This document shows, piece by piece, positions 17,780-27,374 of a stretch of 64,000 bases of DNA (its first letter is position 1; every line of letters begins with the position of its first letter). The notes beneath the pieces were generated by a model. It saw only the letters and a list, made by a program, of their open reading frames with translations. It did no database searches and was not told the origin of the DNA. A program made the position numbers and the translations under genes. Origin of the DNA: Chloroflexota bacterium (GTDB taxonomy: Bacteria; Chloroflexota; UBA6077; FW602-bin22; JAMCWG01); the NCBI GenBank assembly GCA_023475235.1, contig JAMCWG010000116.1, positions 23,876 through 87,875 on the forward strand. The letters are read 5' to 3'.

Positions 17780-20239
17780 ATGCGATCTGCGCTGTTGTTG
17801 ATGGTATTGGCTGTGGCCTCCATTCTCGCTTTGACGGCGGTCCACTTCTTCCCTCAGGCTGCGGACAACTCTGTGGCTGCTGCTCCTCCGCCTCCTCAAT
17901 CGACGCCTGGGATGCCCATCCAGGCCTGGGTGGCGCGCTACAACGGCCCGGACAATGGTGATGACTATGCGACTGCCAGCGCGGTCGATGCGAGCGGCAA
18001 TGTCTACGTCACCGGCTATTCGATGGGCAGCAACACCGGCAAGGACTACTTGACGGTCAAGTACAGCCCCAACGGTAGCGTTCTGTGGGCTGTCCGTTAC
18101 AATGGACCGGCTAATGGTGACGATGTGCCCGTCGCACTAGCCCTGCACTCCCAGGGGAATGTCTACGTCACCGGAGGATCATCCGGCAGCGGGACCAGCA
18201 CCGACTACGCGACCATCAAGTATGATTCGAATGGCAATCAGCTATGGGTGGTGCGCTATGATGGGCCTATTAGCCAGAGAGACGGCGCCGCGGCTGTGGC
18301 CGTCGATGCGGCCGGAAACGTTTATGTGACCGGTTCTGCGTCAACCGGCCCCCTCATCGGGCTGAACTATCCTTCCGATTACGCCACCGTCAAGTACGAC
18401 GCGGCGGGCCACCAACAGTGGGTCGCTATGTATGCCGGCCTCGGTGACCCCAGTCGTTCGGACCGGGCGACTGCCCTCGCCTTGGATGGGCAGAACAACG
18501 TATATGTCACCGGCGTCTCCTATGGGAATGCCAGCACCTGGGACGATTTCGCCACCGTGAAATACGATACCAACGGGAACCAGTTGTGGGTAGCCCGCTA
18601 CAACGGCCCGGACAGCAAGCGCGACTGGCCTTGGAAGATAGTAGTGGACGGGGCCGGCAACGCGTACGTGACGGGCTCTAGTATGAGGACCAGCGGGCTG
18701 GATTATGCGACAGTCAAGTATGACACCAACGGGAACCAGGTATGGTCCTCGCTCTGGGGCGGTCCGGACAATAGTGATGATGTGCCCCAGGCGATAGCGC
18801 TTGACGGGGCGGGAGGTATCTACGTCACTGGCGCGTCCGGTCCCCCGACTGCCAGCGACATAGTCACGGTAAGGTACGATGGCGGCGGAAACGAGATGTG
18901 GGTTGCTCGCTACGATAAGCCGGTCACCAACCCCTACGGCGGCCCCTATGATGATCGTCCCTCTGCTATGGCAGTAGACGCCCATGGCAATGCTTATGTT
19001 GCCGGCCAGTCGTGGATCTGGGGTTCGGACCCGCTGGAGTTGGTCACCATCAAGTATGGGCTCGACGGCAGCCAGCAATGGATTAGCCGATACACCGGGG
19101 TGACGAACACTTGCGAGAACGTAGCCCAGTCGATTTCGGTCGATCAAAAGGCGAATGTGTATGTCGCAGGCTACACTTGTGGCGCTCCCTCGTCCTCGTA
19201 TGATTACCTGGCTGTGAAGTATGTACAGCCGACGCCGGGCGTGAGCAACCCGCTGATGGCCGTCACCTTGCCCGTTTCGGGCACCACCGTCTACGCCCCC
19301 TTCGAGCTGCAGGGATGGGCCCTCGACTTCGGCGCTCCTGCTGGAACGGGCGTATCGGCGGTCGGCGTCTACGCCCTGCCGCAGCCCTCCGGCGCGCCGA
19401 TCAGCCTTGGCCTGGCCACCTACGGCGAGGCTCGGCCCGACATCGGCACAGCATACGGCGACCAGTTCGCCAATGCCGGGTTTCGGATCTGGGTACCGGC
19501 GGGTGTGCTGCCGGCGGGCAGCTACATCCTGCGCTCCTACGCTTACAGCACAGTAGGGGCAGCCTGGAACAACGCCTACGATGTGCTGCTGAGCGTGGCC
19601 GCGGCCAGTACGGCGACACCGAGTCCCACGGGCACGGCCACCGCCACGCCCACCGTGACGAACACACCTACGGTGACGAACACGCCTACGGCCAGCAGCA
19701 CGCCTACCGTCGCGAATACGCCCACGGCTACAGGCACGCCGACGCGGACGCCGCAGCCGGGGGAGGCGGCTACGCTGCTCGGCCACGTGGCCCTGGAGGG
19801 GCGGATCAACCCGACGCCCCATGCGTCGTATGCCATTACGGTAAGCCTTGTCTTGCTTCAGCCGGGGACGGACATCGTCGGCTACCAGTCCTCGCTGGTG
19901 GCCGATCAGTCGGGTTACTTCACCGTGACCAATCTGACCGCCGGCACCTATGATCTGCGCGCCAAGGGCAGTCACACGCTGAGCCGCAAGCTGGGGAGCG
20001 CAGCGCTGGTCTCGGGCGACAACAGCGTGGACTGGGCGAGCCGGGGGCCGTTGAGAGAAGGGGATGCCGATGACGACAACTATGTGACGATCCTGGACTT
20101 CTCGGTTGTGCGCGCTGGGTTCGGCAAGTGCGAGGGAGATGCCGGCTACGGTGCCCGCACCGACTTCAATCAGGACGGATGCACCACGATCCTCGACTTC
20201 TCGCTGCTGCGCACGAATTTCGGGCAGGCTGGGGAGTAG
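17780..20239 (+). CDS. Secreted beta-propeller (SBBP-like, 8 repeats) protein with Ig-like domain, Pro/Thr linker and dockerin-like C-terminus
   Basis: Eight W..RYxGP...AVD..GNVYVTG...DYATVKY repeats; (TPT)n linker; same C-terminal module as the upstream peptidase. Confidence 0.85.
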   Translation: MRSALLLMVLAVASILALTAVHFFPQAADNSVAAAPPPPQSTPGMPIQAWVARYNGPDNGDDYATASAVDASGNVYVTGYSMGSNTGKDYLTVKYSPNGSVLWAVRYNGPANGDDVPVALALHSQGNVYVTGGSSGSGTSTDYATIKYDSNGNQLWVVRYDGPISQRDGAAAVAVDAAGNVYVTGSASTGPLIGLNYPSDYATVKYDAAGHQQWVAMYAGLGDPSRSDRATALALDGQNNVYVTGVSYGNASTWDDFATVKYDTNGNQLWVARYNGPDSKRDWPWKIVVDGAGNAYVTGSSMRTSGLDYATVKYDTNGNQVWSSLWGGPDNSDDVPQAIALDGAGGIYVTGASGPPTASDIVTVRYDGGGNEMWVARYDKPVTNPYGGPYDDRPSAMAVDAHGNAYVAGQSWIWGSDPLELVTIKYGLDGSQQWISRYTGVTNTCENVAQSISVDQKANVYVAGYTCGAPSSSYDYLAVKYVQPTPGVSNPLMAVTLPVSGTTVYAPFELQGWALDFGAPAGTGVSAVGVYALPQPSGAPISLGLATYGEARPDIGTAYGDQFANAGFRIWVPAGVLPAGSYILRSYAYSTVGAAWNNAYDVLLSVAAASTATPSPTGTATATPTVTNTPTVTNTPTASSTPTVANTPTATGTPTRTPQPGEAATLLGHVALEGRINPTPHASYAITVSLVLLQPGTDIVGYQSSLVADQSGYFTVTNLTAGTYDLRAKGSHTLSRKLGSAALVSGDNSVDWASRGPLREGDADDDNYVTILDFSVVRAGFGKCEGDAGYGARTDFNQDGCTTILDFSLLRTNFGQAGE
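19644..19751 (+). repeat. Imperfect 18-bp tandem repeats encoding the Pro/Thr linker
   Basis: CACGCCCACCGTGACGAA / CACACCTACGGTGACGAA / CACGCCTACGGCCAGCAG ... (TPTVTN units). Confidence 0.65.
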
Positions 20240-20247
20240 CGGACAGC

Positions 20248-20769
20248 TTACGGCGAGCCGGCCCTGCCGGCTCGCGGGCCCTGGCCACGGGCGCGGCGCA
20301 GCACGGCGGCAAGAAGTCCGCCGGCGAGGCCGCCGGTCGCGCCGAGCAGCAGCCCGACGATGGCCGACATAATGGCGAACTCCGCGAGCTCTACCGCACC
20401 TTCCAGCCATCCCCCCGATTCGGCGAGTGGCCTTCCCAGGACCAAGCGGTAGAGCAACATCCACAATAAGAGCTCGCCCAGCAGGTTGATCTCAATGAGG
20501 AGCAGACCGGCCTGCAGGCCGGCTCCGATGCTGGGCCCGATCCGCCGCGCACCCGTGGGCGGGCCCTGCCGCCACCACCCCACCAGGGCGCCAACCGCAA
20601 AGGGCAGGAGCAAATTCAGGTAGATGGCGACCGGGTGCATCCCGATGGGTCTGCCCGCGGCGTCGAACAGCCACGTGGCCAGCGTGGTCACCCAGACGGC
20701 GAGCCAGCATATAAGGAACAACGTCGCCGCCAGCGGGTGTGTCTGCATCTCCTGCCAAATCCACCTCAA
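20248..20769 (-). CDS. Hypothetical integral membrane protein (about 4 TM)
   Basis: 173 aa with four hydrophobic segments. Confidence 0.65.
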   Translation of the reverse strand: MRWIWQEMQTHPLAATLFLICWLAVWVTTLATWLFDAAGRPIGMHPVAIYLNLLLPFAVGALVGWWRQGPPTGARRIGPSIGAGLQAGLLLIEINLLGELLLWMLLYRLVLGRPLAESGGWLEGAVELAEFAIMSAIVGLLLGATGGLAGGLLAAVLRRARGQGPRAGRAGSP

Positions 20770-21029
20770 TCAGGCCATCCCCTTCCTCGTATGGTCGCAT
20801 CGAGGGCGATGGTCGGGTCGAGCCCGACCATGATTGTCCCCATTCGTCGGGCAGCGGGGACAACCACCATGGTCACGACCTCGCCCTCGCCCAGGCGAGT
20901 TCTCCTGCGGCGAATGTTCCATCGCCTCTGGCGACCTTTGGCGACATTCGTATGAGATGGGTCGTGACCATCGGCATGGCATGAGGAGTGCTGCCGCTCC
21001 CGGCCGGGGCCCCGCGGGGGCACGATGAC

Positions 21030-22256
21030 TCAGCCTCCCTCCTTGGCCGCCACGGCCGCGTGCAGGACCTGGTACTCCGGCCGGTAGTCCTTTATGCGGA
21101 TCCGCTGGGTGAAGATGAGCGATAGGGCAACGAAGAATGCCCCGAACATAAAGGATACCTCGTAGCCGAAGGTCTGCCACAGCAGCCCTCCCGTAATCGG
21201 AATCACGATGGCCGCCATGTGGCTGGTGCTGATCCCCATCGCCAGGCTGGTCGAGAGGTCTTTCGGGTCGGCTATCTTGCGCAGGTAGGTGTTGATGCTC
21301 ATCCCGGCCACCATAAAGATGCGGCCCAGCACGTACATCGCGCACAGGTACCAGACATTGTGCACGAGGGCGAAGCCGCCGAAGGCGATGATGTGCATGA
21401 CATAGGCCAGGGTGAGCACCGAACGCTCGCCCCTGGTATCCACCAGCTTGCCGAAGATGGGCGCCACCCACCAGTTGGTGATCGCGTTGAACAGGAGCAG
21501 CAGGGTGATGTTCTGGACGCTCACTCCGTATATGTCCACCAGGGCGAAAAGGGCGAAGGTCTGGAAGATCTCGAAGCGACAGCCGTCCAGGAAATTGAGC
21601 ACATAGTACAGCCAGTACTGGCGCTTCAAGACGAAGCTCTGCTGCCGCACGGCGCCCTTGAGGGGCGGGAGGAAGAACAGCCCGATGCCGCCCAGTATGA
21701 CGACGATGGCCGACACGAAGAACATGCCCCGCATCGTGACGATGCTCACGATCAGGTAGGTGAGGACCATCGCCACCAGGGTGCCGACGGACCCGATGCT
21801 GGACAGGCGGCCCATTATGCGGCCCTCTTCGCCCGGCTTGGCCAGGCTGAGGCCGAGCGTATAGTAGAGCTGGGCCCAGCCATGGAAGCCGACGCCCCCG
21901 ATCACGACGACCACCATTAGCTGGTTGAAGTTCTGGGCGAGGCCATAGCCGCCGTAGCCCAGGGCCATCAGCAGTATGGAGGCGGCCGCTACCTTGGCCG
22001 GCGCGAAACGCATGGTGAGGGCGGCCAGGGCCACGATGATGAACCCCGTGAACTCGCGCCCGGCCGTCATGAAGCCCATCTGGGCACCCTCCATCCCCAG
22101 GTCTTGCTTGAAGAAGTTGGTCTGGATGGACTGGGTGATGCCGGAGTTGAAGTTGATGGCGAAGACGGCGAGGGCGAGAAGGGCGAAGGCCCAGTTCTGC
22201 GCTATCGCGGCTAGTCCCGCCTGCGGGAGGCTGAGGCTCGAACGCACCATTCTCAT
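21030..22256 (-). CDS. MFS transporter
   Basis: About 12 hydrophobic segments; GKLVDTRGER motif-A-like loop; ATG at 22256 just after the rbsK stop. Confidence 0.88.
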   Translation of the reverse strand: MRMVRSSLSLPQAGLAAIAQNWAFALLALAVFAINFNSGITQSIQTNFFKQDLGMEGAQMGFMTAGREFTGFIIVALAALTMRFAPAKVAAASILLMALGYGGYGLAQNFNQLMVVVVIGGVGFHGWAQLYYTLGLSLAKPGEEGRIMGRLSSIGSVGTLVAMVLTYLIVSIVTMRGMFFVSAIVVILGGIGLFFLPPLKGAVRQQSFVLKRQYWLYYVLNFLDGCRFEIFQTFALFALVDIYGVSVQNITLLLLFNAITNWWVAPIFGKLVDTRGERSVLTLAYVMHIIAFGGFALVHNVWYLCAMYVLGRIFMVAGMSINTYLRKIADPKDLSTSLAMGISTSHMAAIVIPITGGLLWQTFGYEVSFMFGAFFVALSLIFTQRIRIKDYRPEYQVLHAAVAAKEGG

Positions 22257-22279
22257 CTGCAACCCTCGAAAGGAAATGA

Positions 22280-23200
22280 TCACCCAACAGCCGCCAGGAA
22301 TGATGCGACGTCCTCCCGGCTCGGCATGGAGGGCTGGGCCCCCGGCCTGGTGACAGAGAGCGCGGCCACCGCGCTGGCGTAGTATACAGCATCCGGCAGC
22401 GAACGTCCCTCGGCGAAGGCGACCCCCAGCCCGCCGGCGAACGCATCGCCGGCCGCGGTCGCGTCCACCGCCTGCACCGGCCACGCTGGAAAGTGGCGCA
22501 CCAGCGCGTGGGTCACCAGCAGCGCTCCGCGGCTGCCCAGGGTGATCACTGCCGCTTCCGCCCCCTGCTGCAGGAGCTTTCGTCCGGCCGTCTCGGCGCT
22601 GGACAGGTCGCTCACCGCCACGCCAGTCAGTACCTGCGCCTCGATCTCGTTCGGCGTCAACAGGGCTGCAGCGCGGATGACCTCTGCCGGGATGGGCCGG
22701 GCCGGCGCGGGGTTCAGCAGGAACGGCACGTTGTGTTGCTGGGCCAGCGCCGCGGCCGCCGAAACGGCCTCCTCCGGGACCTCTAGCTGTGCCATCACGA
22801 CCTGGGCCTCACGGATGGCCTCCGCCGCCGACTGCACGTCTGCCGCCGTGAGCCGGGCGTTGGCCCCGGAGGCGACCACGATGGTGTTCTGCCCAATTTC
22901 GTCCACCGTTATCAGGGCCACGCCGGTGGGTGCTCCGGGATCCCGCAGGGTGTGCTCCAGTCCCACCCCCGCTTCGCGGAGGCTGGCCCCCAACTGGTCG
23001 CCGAACGCGTCGGTGCCCACCCGGCCGACGAAACACACCGCGGCCCCCAGGCGGGCCGCGGCCACGGCCTGGTTGGCGCCCTTGCCGCCGGGTGCCGTGT
23101 AGAAGCGGGCCCCGAGCACGGTCTCTCCCGGCTGGGGCAGCCGAGGCGCTCGCACGACCAGGTCCATATTGGCGCTGCCCACGACGATGATGCGGGCCAT
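22280..23200 (-). CDS. rbsK: Ribokinase
   Basis: VVGSANMDLV, PGGKGANQA, PNEIE and DATAAGDAF motifs. Confidence 0.93.
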   Translation of the reverse strand: MARIIVVGSANMDLVVRAPRLPQPGETVLGARFYTAPGGKGANQAVAAARLGAAVCFVGRVGTDAFGDQLGASLREAGVGLEHTLRDPGAPTGVALITVDEIGQNTIVVASGANARLTAADVQSAAEAIREAQVVMAQLEVPEEAVSAAAALAQQHNVPFLLNPAPARPIPAEVIRAAALLTPNEIEAQVLTGVAVSDLSSAETAGRKLLQQGAEAAVITLGSRGALLVTHALVRHFPAWPVQAVDATAAGDAFAGGLGVAFAEGRSLPDAVYYASAVAALSVTRPGAQPSMPSREDVASFLAAVG

Positions 23201-23209
23201 TGCTGCCTC

Positions 23210-24118
23210 CTAGAAGCCCCGCCGAAGGCCCGCCCTCCGGGCCAGATGCACCGCCTCCAGGTACTCGGCAACCATGGTGGGCCGGGCCAGCGGCGCTATG
23301 CGGTGGGCCTTGTGGCAGGGATGGTATTGGTCCATAACATTTACATAAGTATTCGGGGAGATCTCCCGGGCGAGGAAGCCCACGATTTCTTCTGTGCCGG
23401 CCAGCCCGCCGGGCAGGACGAGATGGCGGACCAGAAGCCCTCTACGGGCGACACCTCGCTCGTCGACCTCCAGGTCCCCCACCTGACGGTGCATCTCCTG
23501 CACGGCGCGGCGGTTGACCGGAGGATAATGGGCCACGCCGGAGAGCCGCTCGCCGGTCGCGGCGTCGGCGTACTTCATATCGGGCATATAGATATCAACC
23601 ACGCCGTCCAGCAGGCGTAGCGCCACCAGCGAGTCGTAGCCGCCGGTGTTGTACACCAGCGGCAGGCGCAGGCCCCGCTCGACGGCCACGAGCAGCGCCG
23701 CGAGGATTTGGGCGACGACGTGGCTCGGCGAGACCAGGTTGATGTTGTGGCAACCCATCGCCTGCAGCCGCAGCATCATCGATGCGAGCTGGTCGTCGGT
23801 GACCTCACTTCCCTCGTCAAGCTGGCTGATCTCGTAGTTCTGACAATAAATGCACTCGAGGTTGCAGGCGGAGAAGAAGATGGTCCCCGACCCGCCCTGC
23901 CCGACCAGCGGAGGCTCCTCGCCGAAGTGGGGGTGGCAGCTCCACACCACGGCGCGGCGTCCGGTGCGGCACTTCCCCCGCTCGCCGGCCAGCCGGTCCA
24001 CTGCACATACGCGCGGGCACAGCACACACCTGGCCAGGCCCCGCCGAGCGCGCTCGACCCGACGGGCGAGCTCGCCCGAACGGTACAGATCGAGGTAAGC
24101 CGGCAGGGGAATGGACAT
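23210..24118 (-). CDS. Radical SAM protein, PflX-like
   Basis: N-terminal CxxCPRxC; CNLECIYCQN radical SAM motif; HFGEEP, NINLVSP, DIYMPDMKY and RHLVLP motifs. Confidence 0.9.
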   Translation of the reverse strand: MSIPLPAYLDLYRSGELARRVERARRGLARCVLCPRVCAVDRLAGERGKCRTGRRAVVWSCHPHFGEEPPLVGQGGSGTIFFSACNLECIYCQNYEISQLDEGSEVTDDQLASMMLRLQAMGCHNINLVSPSHVVAQILAALLVAVERGLRLPLVYNTGGYDSLVALRLLDGVVDIYMPDMKYADAATGERLSGVAHYPPVNRRAVQEMHRQVGDLEVDERGVARRGLLVRHLVLPGGLAGTEEIVGFLAREISPNTYVNVMDQYHPCHKAHRIAPLARPTMVAEYLEAVHLARRAGLRRGF

Positions 24119-24201
24119 CTCGACAAGAATAGTAACAGCCGTGCACGTTGGGGTCAACGCTACGGTGCGGGAGCTTAGCGCGTTTTCAAGGGCCGGGTTT
24201 A

Positions 24202-24312
24202 TGTAATCCCGAGGGAGCGAAGCTTTCAGGATTCCATAGTCTGGGGTGCGGGAGACCGATAAACAGCGTCACTCAATTCGGTAGAGACCCTTCGCTGGCG
24301 CTCAGGGTGACA
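24202..24312. repeat. Degenerate GTCA(T/C)...GCGAAG-type palindromic repeat
   Basis: TGTAATCCCGAGGGAGCGAAG pairs imperfectly with CTTCGCTGGCGCTCAGGGTGACA; related to 43915-44043. Confidence 0.6.
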
Positions 24313-24412
24313 ACGAAAGAGCCTGGCCGCAGCTTGCCGTGCCGCCTGGTTGTGGTATTATATGTGCTTCAAGAAGACCAGGCCAAGATGAGACGGAAAG
24401 GAACGCTCGTCG

Positions 24413-24613
24413 ATGAATGAATGGAAGTGCAGGCTGCTCGAAGTCGATGGTATGGAGAGCTTAGGCGACGAGTTTCGCAAGACTGGCCAAGAAGGATGGG
24501 AGCTTGTCAGCCTTGCGCCGGAGGCTGAGGAGTGTGTGAGCGCATTCGGCCCTCAGCACGTTGCTGGAAAACAGAAATACCTGGCGACCTTCAGGCGTCG
24601 ACTTCAGGCGTAG
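24413..24613 (+). CDS. Small DUF4177-like protein
   Basis: 66 aa with EWK...GQEGWELVS...FRR pattern. Confidence 0.6.
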   Translation: MNEWKCRLLEVDGMESLGDEFRKTGQEGWELVSLAPEAEECVSAFGPQHVAGKQKYLATFRRRLQA

Positions 24614-24653
24614 ACGCATATTCGTCGCATCAGCAGCGCGGCGCAAGTGGCCT

Positions 24654-27257
24654 CTACCAGCGCACGCGGAGCAGGGTGCTGTCCCGGCCGAAGAAGAGGC
24701 CGAGCAGCCAGTCGGTGAACACCCGGATCCGGTTGTACCTGCCCATCATAACGGCAGAGTACGCGACCATACGTACCAGACGGGTGAGGAAGCCGTGGGT
24801 CCTGAAGCCGTAGATCTCGGCTACGGCGGACCGTGGGCCCAGGGCAATGATCTGCCCCATATGCCGGTATCGGTACGGTTGCTTGGGCCGGCCCTCCAGC
24901 TCGGCGACGATGTTGGCGGCGACGACTTTGGGCTGGCGAACGGCTATGTGCGCCGTGGGTGGGAGGGGTTGCCCCATCCGCTCATCGTCGAAATGGGCGT
25001 TGTCGCCCAGTGCGTACACGCCGGGATAGCTGGGCACTTCAAGATACTCATTCACTATCACACGATGGATGGCGTCTTTTTCCACCGGCAGCGCGGCTAC
25101 GACCGGGCTGGCAACGATGCCGGGCGCCCAGACGACGGTATGCGTCGAAATGACGCGCCCGCAGTTGAGCTCCACACAGTTCGGCCGCACCCTGGTGACC
25201 TGCGTGCCGGTCAGCACCTCGACGCCTTGCTTCTCGAGGACGCGCCGAGCGATGGAGCTGAGCTCGGGGTCGATCTCCGGCAGGATACGCTCGTCGCTCT
25301 GGGTGAGGATGACGCGCACGCTCTCCGGGCTGATCTTCGTGTATTCCTTCAACAGCGAGCCATATATAAAGTCCCGCAGCTCGGCCACGAGCTGGACGCC
25401 GATCGTGCCGCCGCCCACTACCACAAAAGTCACCAGCGGGGCCGGATCTCCTTCCATAGCTGAGGCAGCCTCGAACATCCGGATAACGTGGTTTCGCAGC
25501 ACTATGCCATCGCGCAGCGTCTTGAGGGTGAAGACCCTGCTATCGGGCCCCGGCAGCGCCCGGCGGTCGGTCACGCTTCCCAGCGCCAGCACGAGGACGT
25601 CGTACTGCATATCCCCGCGGCTGGTGTGGACCGTCCGGCTTGCCAGATCGACGGACAGCACCTCTGCTTGGACGAACGAGAAGAGCCGCTTCCCGCGCAG
25701 GCGGCGAATGGGGAGTGCGATATGCCGTGTCTCGATGCCGCCGGTGGCCACTTCGTGCAGCAAAGGCGTGAAGAGGAAGAAATTCTCGTCGCTGACGAGG
25801 GAAATCGAGATATCCGGGCGCCTGCCCAGGGCTCGCTCCAGGTGAAGCGTGGTGTACACCCCGGCGAAGCCGCCGCCCAGCACAAGGACCCGCTTCTCGT
25901 GGGGCGCATCCAGGTCGCTCGCCGGGCCGCCGGCCCTCACCTTCGGCGGCATGAAGACGGCCTGCAGCATCTCGCTCCACATGCTGGGCCAGAGGGTGCG
26001 CTGGAGTATGGAGCGATAACTGTACGCGCCGGTGAACATCCCCCAGGTTATCTGGTCCAGGCAGCGCTGGGCGTAGGGCTTGTTCTGCTCAGCAGAGAGC
26101 ATACGCGCCCGAATGTCGAAGAAGTGGCGCGATTTGCTGGTGTAGTGGTGCATAGCGAACAGCATACGGCCGTACCGGTTGTCGTCCGACAGCTCCTGAA
26201 ACGTCGGCTGATAGTGGCGTCGGAAGCTGTCCTCGGCGACGCCGTGCTCCACTGCGGTGAGCGCGGCCTGCCGTGCCGTCTGGAAGGCCGTGCCGATGCC
26301 GTCTTTGTACAGGCGGCTGACCGCGGCATCGCCTACGGCCACGAACCGCTCCCCGAAGGGATGGCTGGCGGGGCCCAGCGGGACCAGCGGCACGCAGCCG
26401 CAGCTCCGCTTATGTCCTGCTGGCAGCACGTCCCGCACTATCGGGTGGGCGAGGAACTCCTGGACCGTCATCGGTGCGGGCCCGCGGCTCAGAAGCGAGA
26501 CGTTGATGTACTCCCCCTTGGGGATCAGCGTGCCGAAGACCAGTCCGGTGTTCGGCAGAAGGAAGACGTGCACTTTGTTTTCCAGCGCGCTCGCCACTCC
26601 CTCGGCCCCAAGCTGGAGCTCGTCCTGGGCCATTCGCTGGGTGGGCGGGGGCTTGTACGGCGGCGGCATGTGCTGCAGCAGCCGCGAGTTCACCCCGCAC
26701 GCCAGCACCACCAGATCGAACTCGCGCTCTGCGCCGCGGAAGACCACACGCGGGCGCTCACCGGGTGCGGCAAATGCGATCGAGCTGACGGTCCCCTGGG
26801 CTAGCTCCACTCCCTGCTCGACGGCCTTCTGCAGCAGGAACCCGTCGAAGCTGACACCTCGTTCGAAGAGCGCTCCGCGAGGGCCGCTGCCGCGATACAC
26901 GCTGAGAATGGTCGCCCGAGGATCAGGCTGCGGCGTCTCGATGGTGCCGAAAGGCGTGTGCAGACAGTAGGCAGAGATGCGGCTCAGCACTACTGAATCG
27001 GGAAGCTCCAGGCCCAGGCAGGACAGGTTGCGTACCAGCGACGAGGAAAGGATACCGGCGCACATATTGCAGCCGGCTTTGCCGGACTCAAGAAATGATT
27101 TCTCTTCGTACAGGGTGATGCGCAGGTCAAGGTTTCTGCGTCGGGCGTGGTTGAGCAAGTGGAGGGCGAAGAAGCTTCCTGCGGGTCCACCACCGACAAT
27201 CGCCACCTGGCTGCCAGTTACCAGCCTCGCCGAGCCAGCATTCATAGCTCTCAGCAT
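24654..27257 (-). CDS. Fusion: geranylgeranyl-reductase-like FAD oxidoreductase plus type II NAD(P)H dehydrogenase (NDH-2)
   Basis: N-half has GGGPAG, GCNMCAG and VGDAA...DGIG. C-half has GGGFAG, FTPLLHEVATG, LALGS, GGGTIG, VVWAPG, ALGD and PPTAHIA. Confidence 0.88.
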   Translation of the reverse strand: MLRAMNAGSARLVTGSQVAIVGGGPAGSFFALHLLNHARRRNLDLRITLYEEKSFLESGKAGCNMCAGILSSSLVRNLSCLGLELPDSVVLSRISAYCLHTPFGTIETPQPDPRATILSVYRGSGPRGALFERGVSFDGFLLQKAVEQGVELAQGTVSSIAFAAPGERPRVVFRGAEREFDLVVLACGVNSRLLQHMPPPYKPPPTQRMAQDELQLGAEGVASALENKVHVFLLPNTGLVFGTLIPKGEYINVSLLSRGPAPMTVQEFLAHPIVRDVLPAGHKRSCGCVPLVPLGPASHPFGERFVAVGDAAVSRLYKDGIGTAFQTARQAALTAVEHGVAEDSFRRHYQPTFQELSDDNRYGRMLFAMHHYTSKSRHFFDIRARMLSAEQNKPYAQRCLDQITWGMFTGAYSYRSILQRTLWPSMWSEMLQAVFMPPKVRAGGPASDLDAPHEKRVLVLGGGFAGVYTTLHLERALGRRPDISISLVSDENFFLFTPLLHEVATGGIETRHIALPIRRLRGKRLFSFVQAEVLSVDLASRTVHTSRGDMQYDVLVLALGSVTDRRALPGPDSRVFTLKTLRDGIVLRNHVIRMFEAASAMEGDPAPLVTFVVVGGGTIGVQLVAELRDFIYGSLLKEYTKISPESVRVILTQSDERILPEIDPELSSIARRVLEKQGVEVLTGTQVTRVRPNCVELNCGRVISTHTVVWAPGIVASPVVAALPVEKDAIHRVIVNEYLEVPSYPGVYALGDNAHFDDERMGQPLPPTAHIAVRQPKVVAANIVAELEGRPKQPYRYRHMGQIIALGPRSAVAEIYGFRTHGFLTRLVRMVAYSAVMMGRYNRIRVFTDWLLGLFFGRDSTLLRVRW

Positions 27258-27374
27258 AAGGGAAAAAAGGAGTCAGAGCAAGTGGGTGCGGTCGACCAGC
27301 ATTTGCTTGACCGGTCGGTCTCTGATTAGTATCATTACAAGCAATTAAGATGTAGCTGTGGGGTATGCCAAAGG

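Noticed and set aside
17900-19230. Repeats that might be a CRISPR array or DGR template
   Set aside because: They are degenerate in-frame protein repeats (propeller blades) with no constant repeat-spacer structure and no cas or reverse transcriptase gene.
18341-20464. 707-aa ORF on the - strand, and similar long alternative-frame ORFs such as 20770-22446, 25488-26804, 51927-53246 and 61275-62558
   Set aside because: They overlap well-supported genes, have Arg/Pro/Gly-rich shadow composition and show no motifs.
20766-21023. 85-aa ORF between the MFS gene and the membrane-protein gene
   Set aside because: No RBS or motif and atypical composition; more likely an intergenic or regulatory region.
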